From IMG/VR virus record IMGVR_UViG_3300033062_002302: a stretch of DNA of 64,000 nucleotides. One strand, given 5' to 3'. Below, piece by piece: positions 10,067 through 18,645 of this stretch (the first letter of the stretch is position 1; every line of letters starts with the position of its first letter). The position numbers and the translations under genes were made by a program. Origin of the DNA: a virus (lineage: Duplodnaviria; Caudoviricetes). The notes under the pieces are model-generated. The model saw only the letters and a program-made list of their open reading frames with translations. It was not told the DNA's origin and did no database searches.

Positions 10067-10998
10067 AAAGAGCTTTAGTAACAGGCGGTGCTGGATTCGT
10101 TGGAAGTAATTTATCTAATAAATTATTGTCACTCGGTTGGACAGTAGATATTGTCGATGATCTTTCATCTGGAAAGATGGATTTTGTTAACGATCATGGA
10201 AATCTTATATTTTACCGTATGGACTTTGTCAGTTCAACTATCATTAATAATATTAAAAATAATGAATACGATATTGTTTTTCATTTAGCGGCATTACCGA
10301 AAGTTTCTTATTCTGTTGAGAATCCAATTTTGACGCATGACGTCAACTTGACAAAAACTCTAACTTTACTAGATGCTTGTCGAGATAATGTTGAAAGATT
10401 TGTAAACGTCTCATCTTCTGCGGTCTATGGAGCTAATCGAATGCCTACGGCGGAATATGATTCCATGAATCCTAATTCTCCTTATGCAATTCACAAAATG
10501 ACAAATGAATCGTATGCAAAACTATATTCTAAATTATATGGATTAGAAACAGTTTCAATTCGTCCATTTAATATTTTTGGACCAAATCAACTAGGAGATA
10601 GCGCTTATTCATGTGCCATTTCATCTTGGCTTCATGCCATTAAACGAGGACTTCCCCTTCGTTCAGATGGAGACGGAACCCAATCGCGAGATTTAATCTA
10701 TGTTGATGATATTGTTAATATTTTGATTAAAGCCGCTGAACATGCTACCCCATTCGGCGGGGTAGCTTTAAATGCTGGAACGGGAAAAAGTTATAGTAAT
10801 AACGATATTTTAAATTGGTTTAAATCAAGATATTATCATTTAAATGTTGTTAATGCTCCGCGTAGAAGTGGAGATGTTGATAAAACATTGGCTAATATGA
10901 TTTACACTAAAAATGTTTTAGAATTAAATGATTTCACTCCTTTTTATGATGCTTTAGAAAAAACTCATGATTGGGCAATGAATAGTCCATATTTTTAA
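10063..10998 (+). CDS. NAD-dependent NDP-sugar epimerase/dehydratase
   Basis: TGGAGFVG, SSSAVYG, YAIHK (YxxxK), RDLIYV. Confidence 0.9.
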   Translation: MKRALVTGGAGFVGSNLSNKLLSLGWTVDIVDDLSSGKMDFVNDHGNLIFYRMDFVSSTIINNIKNNEYDIVFHLAALPKVSYSVENPILTHDVNLTKTLTLLDACRDNVERFVNVSSSAVYGANRMPTAEYDSMNPNSPYAIHKMTNESYAKLYSKLYGLETVSIRPFNIFGPNQLGDSAYSCAISSWLHAIKRGLPLRSDGDGTQSRDLIYVDDIVNILIKAAEHATPFGGVALNAGTGKSYSNNDILNWFKSRYYHLNVVNAPRRSGDVDKTLANMIYTKNVLELNDFTPFYDALEKTHDWAMNSPYF

Positions 10999-11006
10999 GG
11001 AAAAAA

Positions 11007-11522
11007 ATGTCATCAAAATTAAGATCTAAGCTATTAGAAAAAATAGCTCAAGCGACTCCTGTTGAAACCGGACCAGCGACTGTCCCCGGAAGTCCATCAA
11101 AATGTGATGTCGTTTCTTATTTTGGAAGCGTTATTAAAGGGTGGCAAAATCAAAACGTTTCTTTTATTCAAGAAATTATAGATGATTTAAATGAATCTAT
11201 TTATGTTTTAAGCCAAGGGCAAATAGATTTTAATAAATTAAGAGTTCAAAGTTTTAATGTTGATGCTGGCAAATATCCAGATCGTATATTAAAAAATATC
11301 GTCAAATTCTCTCAGCAGGTATATAGTCTTTTACTAACGGATCAAGGGAAAGATTTTGCTGCGCCTTTAACGCCCGAAACAAGAGAATTAAAAATCAATC
11401 AATTAACTTCAAATTTGGGAACGGTAGGGATTCCAGATGGAAGCATTAATCAGTTTTTATTTTCAAAAATTGGCGGGAATTTGAAGACGAAGCTGATGAC
11501 CAATCTTAAAAACATTAAATGA
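11007..11522 (+). CDS. hypothetical protein with N-terminal KIAQ motif (candidate virion protein)
   Basis: Good RBS AAGGA; MSSKLRSKLLEKIAQ. Confidence 0.6.
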   Translation: MSSKLRSKLLEKIAQATPVETGPATVPGSPSKCDVVSYFGSVIKGWQNQNVSFIQEIIDDLNESIYVLSQGQIDFNKLRVQSFNVDAGKYPDRILKNIVKFSQQVYSLLLTDQGKDFAAPLTPETRELKINQLTSNLGTVGIPDGSINQFLFSKIGGNLKTKLMTNLKNIK

Positions 11523-12316
11523 CATTAAAATTAAAAGACCGCGTTTCTATTTATGAAAATGCGGCAAAACATAAATTATTACCTAAGTTACCCGTTATCA
11601 TTAGTGTTAACGGTCGTTCTTTTTCTAAAGTGACGTCTCTCTTAGAGAAGCCATTTTCTAGTGATTTGGCTCAATGTATGTATTCGACTCTGGCTAAATT
11701 GGTTCAAGAGATAGATGGATGTATTTTTGGATATTCATTTAATGATGAAATTGTTCTCATTTTAAGAAATGATCAAAGTTTGGAGACGACGCCTTGGTTT
11801 GACAATGATGTTCAAAAGATAACATCTGCTGTTTCTTCAATTGCAACTCATCATTTTAATAATATTGCGACTGCAAATGATCTTAATTTAATGTCTGATC
11901 CCTTATTTGTCGCCAATGTTTTTGCGGTGCCCAACATTACAGAAGCGATTAATGTAATGATTTATAAGCAACAAAAAGCGATGCAGGAAGCGATTCAGCA
12001 AGCCTGTTTTTATGAATTATTAAATGTTAATAACAAAGAAGATATCAAAGAAATGCTTTTAGGGACGAGTTATGATGATAAAGTCAATATTTTATTAGAG
12101 CAATTTAATATAGATTATAATTCATATCCTCAGGCATTTCGGCGGGGTGTTGCTTGTTATCGAGTTCCAAGCGTTACTTCTTTTGATGGGGAAGAGAAGA
12201 TTAAAGGAAAATGGAAACTTAATTTAGAAATTCCGATTTTTACTAAGGACCATAAATTTTTGAATAATATTTTTTCTTCTGGCAAAGATATTTTTAGAGA
12301 AAATAATTTAAAGTGA
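11519..12316 (+). CDS. tRNA-His guanylyltransferase (Thg1)-like protein
   Basis: LKDR..YE, SVNGRSFS (cf. RxDGxxF), YSFNDEI (cf. QSDE), WFD..VQK, FRRG. Confidence 0.8.
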   Translation: MTLKLKDRVSIYENAAKHKLLPKLPVIISVNGRSFSKVTSLLEKPFSSDLAQCMYSTLAKLVQEIDGCIFGYSFNDEIVLILRNDQSLETTPWFDNDVQKITSAVSSIATHHFNNIATANDLNLMSDPLFVANVFAVPNITEAINVMIYKQQKAMQEAIQQACFYELLNVNNKEDIKEMLLGTSYDDKVNILLEQFNIDYNSYPQAFRRGVACYRVPSVTSFDGEEKIKGKWKLNLEIPIFTKDHKFLNNIFSSGKDIFRENNLK

Positions 12317-12585
12317 AAAATGGTCTTATTATTAATCCTTGGAAATTTAAAGAATATTGGTTAAACGATCAGTTGCACAGAGATGATGGTCCTGCTTTAG
12401 ACGATTCAGGAGTACAGATGTGGTTTCAATATGGAAAACTCCATCGTTTAGATGGACCCGCAGTCTTTTATCCTTCTAAAGATAAATCATTCGAAAAAGA
12501 TGAATGCTGGTTTCATGGCAAACATATAGATTGCTCTTCTCAAAAAGAATTTGAAGAGGCTATTAAGTTAGCTATGTTTTGGTGA
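12313..12585 (+). CDS. HRxDGPA-repeat family protein, copy 3
   Basis: 2 repeats; KLAMFW tail. Confidence 0.85.
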   Translation: MKNGLIINPWKFKEYWLNDQLHRDDGPALDDSGVQMWFQYGKLHRLDGPAVFYPSKDKSFEKDECWFHGKHIDCSSQKEFEEAIKLAMFW

Positions 12586-12590
12586 TTATC

Positions 12591-12851
12591 ATGAAAAATG
12601 GTCTAGAAATAAATGAGTGGGGGACCAAAAGATATTATTTAAATGATAAATTGCATCGAGAAGAGGGTCCCGCTATTGAATATCCTTGTGGAGATAAAGA
12701 ATGGTTTCAGAACGGTCTCTATCACAGATTAGATGGACCTGCTATTGAATGGTATAATGGAAGTGGATGGTGGTATTTTCATGGTAAACGTATAGAATGT
12801 TCTTCTCAAAAAGAATTTGAAAACAAAATTGCAGAGCTAATATTCTCATGA
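12591..12851 (+). CDS. HRxDGPA-repeat family protein, copy 4 (KIAELIFS tail)
   Basis: 2 repeats; alternative tail. Confidence 0.85.
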   Translation: MKNGLEINEWGTKRYYLNDKLHREEGPAIEYPCGDKEWFQNGLYHRLDGPAIEWYNGSGWWYFHGKRIECSSQKEFENKIAELIFS

Positions 12852-13108
12852 AAAATAGTCTAATTATAGATAGAGAGGGTACCAAAAATTATTATCTAAA
12901 TGGTTTGTTTCATCGATTAGATGGTCCGGCTATTGAATCTGTTCATGGATATAAATCTTGGTTTCAACATGGTAATCTTCACAGATTAGATGGACCTGCT
13001 GTTGAAGCTGGTAACAGTTATAAATCTTGGTATTTTCATGGTAAATATATACCATGCCATTCTCAAGAAGAATTTGAAGAGAAAATTGCAGAGTTAATAT
13101 TTTCATGA
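12848..13108 (+). CDS. HRxDGPA-repeat family protein, copy 5 (KIAELIFS tail)
   Basis: 2 repeats; alternative tail. Confidence 0.85.
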   Translation: MKNSLIIDREGTKNYYLNGLFHRLDGPAIESVHGYKSWFQHGNLHRLDGPAVEAGNSYKSWYFHGKYIPCHSQEEFEEKIAELIFS

Positions 13109-13254
13109 ATAAAAAATGCTCTTTAGAACCAAATAAAAATAGATATAATACTCAAAAAGATGCCGACCTAATCGCATTAATAAATAATAAAAATTTGCGC
13201 TCATATTACTGCTTAACCTGTAAAGGTTGGCATTTAACATCCAATATAGATTAA
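13105..13254 (+). CDS. small zinc-binding phage protein (49 aa, not in ORF track)
   Basis: MNKKC...RSYYCLTCKGWHLTS; ATGA overlap with the upstream stop. Confidence 0.65.
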   Translation: MNKKCSLEPNKNRYNTQKDADLIALINNKNLRSYYCLTCKGWHLTSNID

Positions 13255-13258
13255 TTTA

Positions 13259-13525
13259 ATGAAAAATAACGTAGAGCTTTTCACAGACACAAACGGATCT
13301 AATAGATATTATCTAAATGGTATTCTACATCGAGAAGATGGTCCCGCCGTTGAATTATATAATAGAGATAAATATTGGTATTTTAACGGAAAATTACATC
13401 GAGAAAGTGGTCCCGCTATTCAATTAAATAATGGAGATAAATGGTGGTATTTTCATGGTAAATATATAGATTGCTTCTCTCAAATAGAATTTGAAGAACA
13501 AATTAAGTTAGCTATGTTTTGGTGA
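13259..13525 (+). CDS. HRxDGPA-repeat family protein, copy 6
   Basis: 2 repeats; KLAMFW tail. Confidence 0.85.
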   Translation: MKNNVELFTDTNGSNRYYLNGILHREDGPAVELYNRDKYWYFNGKLHRESGPAIQLNNGDKWWYFHGKYIDCFSQIEFEEQIKLAMFW

Positions 13526-13530
13526 TTATT

Positions 13531-13866
13531 ATGAAAAATGGCTTAATTGTAGATCAATATGGCGATAAAAGATATTATTTAAATGATCTACTTCATCGAG
13601 AAGACGGTCCTGCCGTTGAATTAGCTCTTGGATATAAACATTGGTATCAACATGGTAAGCGTCATCGTTCAAATGGTCCAACCATTGAATCTCCTGATGG
13701 AACTAAATGGTGGCATCAACATGGTTATCTTCATAGATTAGATGGTCCAGCTATTGAATATGGTGATGGACATAAAGATTGGTATTTGCATGACAATTAT
13801 ATAAACTGCTCTTCTCAAGAAGAGTTCTTAGCTATGACAAATCCTAAATTAGCAATGTTTTGGTAA
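13531..13866 (+). CDS. HRxDGPA-repeat family protein, copy 7 (LAMTNPKLAMFW tail)
   Basis: 3 repeats; extended tail. Confidence 0.85.
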   Translation: MKNGLIVDQYGDKRYYLNDLLHREDGPAVELALGYKHWYQHGKRHRSNGPTIESPDGTKWWHQHGYLHRLDGPAIEYGDGHKDWYLHDNYINCSSQEEFLAMTNPKLAMFW

Positions 13867-13890
13867 TAAAATTCCATTTAGATAAACATT

Positions 13891-14368
13891 ATGAATTTTA
13901 ATAAATTATTTGCTACTTGTAAAGTTTTTGAAAAATTGGCTCAAAATCCCGAACCTTTATCTAAAGGACTTTTTAGTAAATTTTTTGTATAAAAGCATTC
14001 AAAAATACGCTAGTTTATTTCCTACCCCTCAAGCAGCTAAAAACATAGCCAAATCTATTGCCGAGTATCAGAAAGCACCGGCATTATCATCTGATAAAGA
14101 CTTTAGAGAAATTGAAAAATTAGAAACTTCTATTGAAGAATGTCGAAGACGTCTTCTAGAACAAGAAATTAATCCCGCCTCTGCCTTATCATCTAAAGGC
14201 ATGCAAAATGTTAATCCTAATATTATTGATATTTTACTTGCAAATTTGCATGTCATCAAGACTAATTCAGATCTTAAAGGATACCAGCATTATTATTTGA
14301 TTGTGCCGGGTAATTTGGATCCGAGAGAAACGATTGAGCTGGATATAGATAATATCGCCGGATATTAA
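13891..14368 (+). pseudogene. frameshifted gene with N-terminal KLAQ motif
   Basis: ATG 13891 reads MNFNKLFATCKVFEKLAQNPEPLS then stops; the body continues in the +1 frame (track ORF 13910-14368). Confidence 0.5.
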
Positions 14369-14674
14369 ATGCTATACCTATTATGTTCTGTTAAAGTAAA
14401 AAATAGAAAAAACAAACAAGAAATTGTTTCAAAAGCAAATCGGGGCTTTTTCTCAAGTGAGCAAGAGGCTCTTCTTGAGGTTTTAGTTTGCCCCGATTGT
14501 TTTGCAGATTCTGGCTATTTTAATTATTTTGTTATTGAAGAAAGGCAAATTGATGCTTTAGATGATTTTGATTTTAAATCTAATTGGTATCAAATTTATT
14601 ATACGCCGTTTCAAAATCCAATAGTCAAAAAAATTGAAGCTTTTGGTCCTTTAATTGATTTTACGTCTTGCTAA
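14369..14674 (+). CDS. hypothetical protein
   Basis: ORF directly abutting the upstream stop. Confidence 0.55.
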   Translation: MLYLLCSVKVKNRKNKQEIVSKANRGFFSSEQEALLEVLVCPDCFADSGYFNYFVIEERQIDALDDFDFKSNWYQIYYTPFQNPIVKKIEAFGPLIDFTSC

Positions 14675-15371
14675 AAATCTTTTTAATAAAAGAAATTATA
14701 CTTGAAAAAAGACCTTGGTTAGTAGGAGCAACCACCTCAGGAGGAAGAGTTAAATCTTGTTGCGGCAGTGTCGGCGCCTCTTCTTCCTTAATAAGAGTTA
14801 TTTCTGGTAACGTAATTTCAGAATTAAATTCCTTTATAATATTTTCAAAATTAGGATTTTTCATATAGTCATTAAAAAGGCTTGTAATAACTTTTCTATA
14901 TGATTCTTCTGACGCGGTATAATATCCCTGTTGTTTGAGTAATTTAGCAAATAAAGCTGGATCGCCAGCATCAATCGCTTTCCAAACATTTTTATATCTT
15001 TTATTTCTTAAAAAATTAATGTGATGAATGATTCCGTCAGATAAGGTTTCAAAAGAACGAAACCAAGTTTGAGGATGAGGAGGATTAAAATCTTCCCTTT
15101 TTCCATTTATAATTTCCCAAGTCTTAGCCAACATAGTATATTCAATATCCTCAGTATCTCCTGGAGATGGAATATATTTGATATTGCCAATATTATTATT
15201 AAACATATTTTTGGTATGTCCTGTTTCTAGGGTATTCTGAGCCCAAATAATAGCAATTTGTCTTTTCTCTGGTAACTGATCGAATATTTCAATCCAAGCT
15301 TTGATAAAAGCTCTGGTCATTTCTAATTGAGAATAATTCGTTTGACGGACTGGCACACATTTTGCAGGCAT
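14661..15371 (-). CDS. GH73/glucosaminidase-like peptidoglycan hydrolase (probable endolysin)
   Basis: LETG, NNIGNIK, TWE, FRSF, GYYTA (YxT) motifs; AAGGA RBS. Confidence 0.7.
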   Translation of the reverse strand: MPAKCVPVRQTNYSQLEMTRAFIKAWIEIFDQLPEKRQIAIIWAQNTLETGHTKNMFNNNIGNIKYIPSPGDTEDIEYTMLAKTWEIINGKREDFNPPHPQTWFRSFETLSDGIIHHINFLRNKRYKNVWKAIDAGDPALFAKLLKQQGYYTASEESYRKVITSLFNDYMKNPNFENIIKEFNSEITLPEITLIKEEEAPTLPQQDLTLPPEVVAPTNQGLFSSIISFIKKIFSKT

Positions 15372-15391
15372 AATTTACTTCCTTTAAAGGC

Positions 15392-15419
15392 TTGACATTG
15401 ATTAATAAATAATTAGGCT
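15392..15419 (+). promoter_or_regulatory. sigma70-like promoter
   Basis: TTGACA-N16-TAGGCT in the divergent gap, ending 6 nt before ATG 15426. Confidence 0.45.
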
Positions 15420-15425
15420 ATCTTG

Positions 15426-15911
15426 ATGAAGTATCCGCTTTTTAATCTTGCTCCAAATATCCCTGTTCCAGGCTCTCCGGGCTCTTTTGGTTTTCAGCGG
15501 TCTCATTATTTTCATGACGGAAATGATCTTTATTGCCAAGAAGGGCAAGAAGTCATCGCTATAGAAGATGGTGTTGTTGTTGATATTAGCATTTTTACCG
15601 GAGAAGATGCCGATCCACCAAGTCCTTGGTGGAATTCTACAAAAGCGGTTTTGGTTGAAGGAAAAAGTGGTGTTATAGGATATTGCGAAATTAACCCTAT
15701 GTTTTACCTAGTTTTAGGCTTTAAAGTTAAAGAAGGAGATATGATTGGTAGAGTTGTTCCTGTCTTAAAAGAAGATAAAGGAAATGGAACGTCTATGCTT
15801 CATTTAAACCTATATACGCCTGGAACAACCAAGCATGTTACTTGGGCGCTCGATCAAGAAAAGCCCGAAAATTTGCTGGATAGCACACAATTATTAAGGT
15901 CTATAAAATGA
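15426..15911 (+). CDS. M23 family metallopeptidase
   Basis: HDGND (HxxxD), VIAIEDGVV, MLHL. Confidence 0.75.
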   Translation: MKYPLFNLAPNIPVPGSPGSFGFQRSHYFHDGNDLYCQEGQEVIAIEDGVVVDISIFTGEDADPPSPWWNSTKAVLVEGKSGVIGYCEINPMFYLVLGFKVKEGDMIGRVVPVLKEDKGNGTSMLHLNLYTPGTTKHVTWALDQEKPENLLDSTQLLRSIK

Positions 15912-16234
15912 ATAAACAAGAAATATTAAACGCTTTAGTTAAAAATGTTAAAAGCAAACATCCTTGGAAAATCTCTCAAGAAAAATATGAGGCTTTATTT
16001 CAAGAATTACCACTTGAATTTTTAGAAGAACGATTAGTTTATGATAATCTTTTAGTTAAACAAGCTTCTTTTAAGAAATGTCATTTAATTTTGTCAGATG
16101 TTAAAATCGAAGTTCAATTAACATTAGATGAATTAATTGCTTGGGAATTGAGCTTAGATAAATGGGAAGAGGCTCGGGCACATAATATTGTTTCAAATGA
16201 TATTAAAAAAATATTAAAAGAACAAAATGTCTAA
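15908..16234 (+). CDS. hypothetical protein
   Basis: ORF coupled to neighbours. Confidence 0.55.
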   Translation: MNKQEILNALVKNVKSKHPWKISQEKYEALFQELPLEFLEERLVYDNLLVKQASFKKCHLILSDVKIEVQLTLDELIAWELSLDKWEEARAHNIVSNDIKKILKEQNV

Positions 16235-16730
16235 TATAGATATTAAAGATATCTATTATATAGATAATAATTGTAAAATTTGTCGTAAATCAATGATTGC
16301 TTGGGGATGTCAGCATTCGCAAAAGCCAGAGAAAATTTCTTTTTTAAAAGAAAAATTAATTATACTAAATAATGTATTTTTAGATTTAAAATATAATAAA
16401 TTAAATGTTGATATTGAAAACATTTTAGGTTTGTACGTTCATAAAACATGCAAAACATGTCGCTATAACATATATTACAAGATCAATACAGATCTAAGCA
16501 ATACTAGCTCTATTATTTTAGATGAATATAATAGATATTTGGAATTTGATTTGCCTAAATTAATGTCTTGCAGTATTTTTGACAACAAACTTATTATTTA
16601 TAAATATGATATAAAATCAAACAAAAATAAGCAGATTCTATCTATGGAAGATTGCCCGATTTTATACTCTCCTGAAATGTCTTTTGCTGATATAAAAAGA
16701 TATATTAAAGGGGCGTTAATATTCTCGTAA
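16227..16730 (+). CDS. hypothetical Cys-containing protein ending in the same LIFS tail as the repeat family
   Basis: CxxC pairs; C-terminus IKRYIKGALIFS. Confidence 0.6.
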   Translation: MSNIDIKDIYYIDNNCKICRKSMIAWGCQHSQKPEKISFLKEKLIILNNVFLDLKYNKLNVDIENILGLYVHKTCKTCRYNIYYKINTDLSNTSSIILDEYNRYLEFDLPKLMSCSIFDNKLIIYKYDIKSNKNKQILSMEDCPILYSPEMSFADIKRYIKGALIFS

Positions 16731-16779
16731 CCAAAGGACAAATAATATGAAGAAAACCTAGAACGACATCATTCAAGAC

Positions 16780-17328
16780 ATGAAAAATTGTTTTCAGTCT
16801 AAAAATCAATCAATTTATGAACGTGGCGAAGCCGTTCAAAAACAGACCCTATACATTATAAATTTATTAAATAATAATTTAATTGATTCGAATTATCGAA
16901 TACCTGATTATTTTTATCATAATAGAGAATTAATTCTAGCTAATTTAATTCCAATTGATGATATCAAAGATTATACTCTTTTTCATGATTGTGGAAAGCC
17001 GTATTGTCAAAGAATAGATGAACGAGGTGTTCATTTTGATAATCATGCCGAAGTGTCTAAAGACGTCTGGATGAGTATTTCTGATAATGAACAAGTAGCC
17101 AAACTCATTTCAATGGATATGATTATCCATAAAATGAAGGCATGCGATATTGATTCTTTTATTCAACATAAAGAATGTGTTACGTTGCTTTTAGTTGGTT
17201 TAGCTGAGATTCATGCCAATGCTGAAATGTTCGGCGGGATTGAATCCGAATCATTTAAAATTAAATATTCTCAAATAAATCGTCGCGGAAAAGCCATTCT
17301 CCAGAAATTGGAGAAAATTAATGATTAA
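16780..17328 (+). CDS. HD-domain phosphohydrolase
   Basis: LFHDCGKP, HFDNHAEVS; an upstream in-frame ATG at 16747 is separated by a TAG. Confidence 0.7.
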   Translation: MKNCFQSKNQSIYERGEAVQKQTLYIINLLNNNLIDSNYRIPDYFYHNRELILANLIPIDDIKDYTLFHDCGKPYCQRIDERGVHFDNHAEVSKDVWMSISDNEQVAKLISMDMIIHKMKACDIDSFIQHKECVTLLLVGLAEIHANAEMFGGIESESFKIKYSQINRRGKAILQKLEKIND

Positions 17329-17650
17329 AAATGGAGATAAGCTATATATTGTTGTTCGGCAGGATTTAAAACCAGGCTCTCAGCTTGCTCAAGCGTGCCA
17401 CGCTTCTTTTCTCTTTGCCTCAGAGTTTCCAGATGAGACCAAAGATTGGATGACAAATTCTAATCATATTGTAATTTTAGGGATTAAATCCGAAGATGAA
17501 TTAATAAAACTGATAGAATCTGCCGTTGATATTAAAACAGCTGTATTTAAAGAGCCTGATATGAACAATCAAATAACGGCAATTGCTTTAGAATGCAATT
17601 CTTTGAGCAAAGAATTATGTTCTAAATTAAAATTAGCATTAAATGGATAA
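17321..17650 (+). CDS. peptidyl-tRNA hydrolase type 2-like protein
   Basis: KLYIVVRQDL..G..LAQACHAS, IVIL, FKEPD..NQITAIA. Confidence 0.75.
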   Translation: MIKNGDKLYIVVRQDLKPGSQLAQACHASFLFASEFPDETKDWMTNSNHIVILGIKSEDELIKLIESAVDIKTAVFKEPDMNNQITAIALECNSLSKELCSKLKLALNG

Positions 17651-17945
17651 TAAAATTCAAAGAGATTTTATAGATGAGCTTCCGACCTTTCGGAGAGATA
17701 AAGATACTCTTATCGATAATGATAAGATTTATTTTACCTGCGATGTTTGTCAAAGAAAGGCGGAAGGCTCCCATCTTTGGGTCCAGGATCCGCACGCAAC
17801 GGCTGACAACGGGCGCCAGGCTGGTTATGATTGGTTGCGGTGCCCTGACGGCTGGCTCACGCTTTGGACCGAGAATGGACCCATTCACGCCTGTTCCAAG
17901 ATGTGTGCCATTAAACTCAATACTGACCTATTTTATGAGGACTAA
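17643..17945 (+). CDS. hypothetical zinc-binding protein
   Basis: CDVC...PDGW...HACSKMC. Confidence 0.6.
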   Translation: MDNKIQRDFIDELPTFRRDKDTLIDNDKIYFTCDVCQRKAEGSHLWVQDPHATADNGRQAGYDWLRCPDGWLTLWTENGPIHACSKMCAIKLNTDLFYED

Positions 17946-17948
17946 ATT

Positions 17949-18383
17949 ATGTATTGTTCTTGCGGAAATTCCAACGTTGCTAAAATAAATGGTAAATACA
18001 AAAGAAGAAAAGACCATCCATTATGCCTTCGATGCTTTAAAACCCAACAAAATAAAATGGCTAAAAATGACCCTCCTCTTTTTGCTTGGGAAGAGAGAAA
18101 TAATATCCTTTCTTTACTAAAGGAATTTCCTGAAATTCTTTTGTCTTCTAATCCTTATGTTACAGAGCATTCAAATCAAATTAATTGCAAAATAATTATT
18201 ACGGATTATAAAAGTCAAATAGAATTAGAGAATACAAATTATTCAATTCCAAGTCTTAATTATGATTGGAATGATAAAACGCTTAAGTATGTTAATCATT
18301 GGTTGGCTAAAGTCGTAGACGATGAGGTAGTCAAAGGCTCTCGTCAAATTTTAATTTGTGGATTTGGCAATTGGCTTTCATGA
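17949..18383 (+). CDS. hypothetical protein with N-terminal Cys cluster
   Basis: CSC...CLRC. Confidence 0.55.
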   Translation: MYCSCGNSNVAKINGKYKRRKDHPLCLRCFKTQQNKMAKNDPPLFAWEERNNILSLLKEFPEILLSSNPYVTEHSNQINCKIIITDYKSQIELENTNYSIPSLNYDWNDKTLKYVNHWLAKVVDDEVVKGSRQILICGFGNWLS

Positions 18384-18640
18384 GAAATGGCTTATTTAAA
18401 AGTAAATATGGACATAAATTTTATTATGTCAATGGTAAATTACATAGAGAAGATGGACCTGCTGCTGAATGGGCGGATGGACCTAAATTTTGGCTGATTC
18501 GCGATCGTCACCATAGATTAGATGGACCCGCTATTGAATATGCTGATGGAGCTAAATTATGGTATTTTCATGGTAAACGTATAGATTGTGATTCTCAAGA
18601 AGAATTTGAAGAACAAATTAAGCTAGTAATGTTTTGGTAA
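18380..18640 (+). CDS. HRxDGPA-repeat family protein, copy 8
   Basis: MRNGLF start (ATGA overlap); KLVMFW tail. Confidence 0.85.
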   Translation: MRNGLFKSKYGHKFYYVNGKLHREDGPAAEWADGPKFWLIRDRHHRLDGPAIEYADGAKLWYFHGKRIDCDSQEEFEEQIKLVMFW

Positions 18641-18645
18641 ATGAT

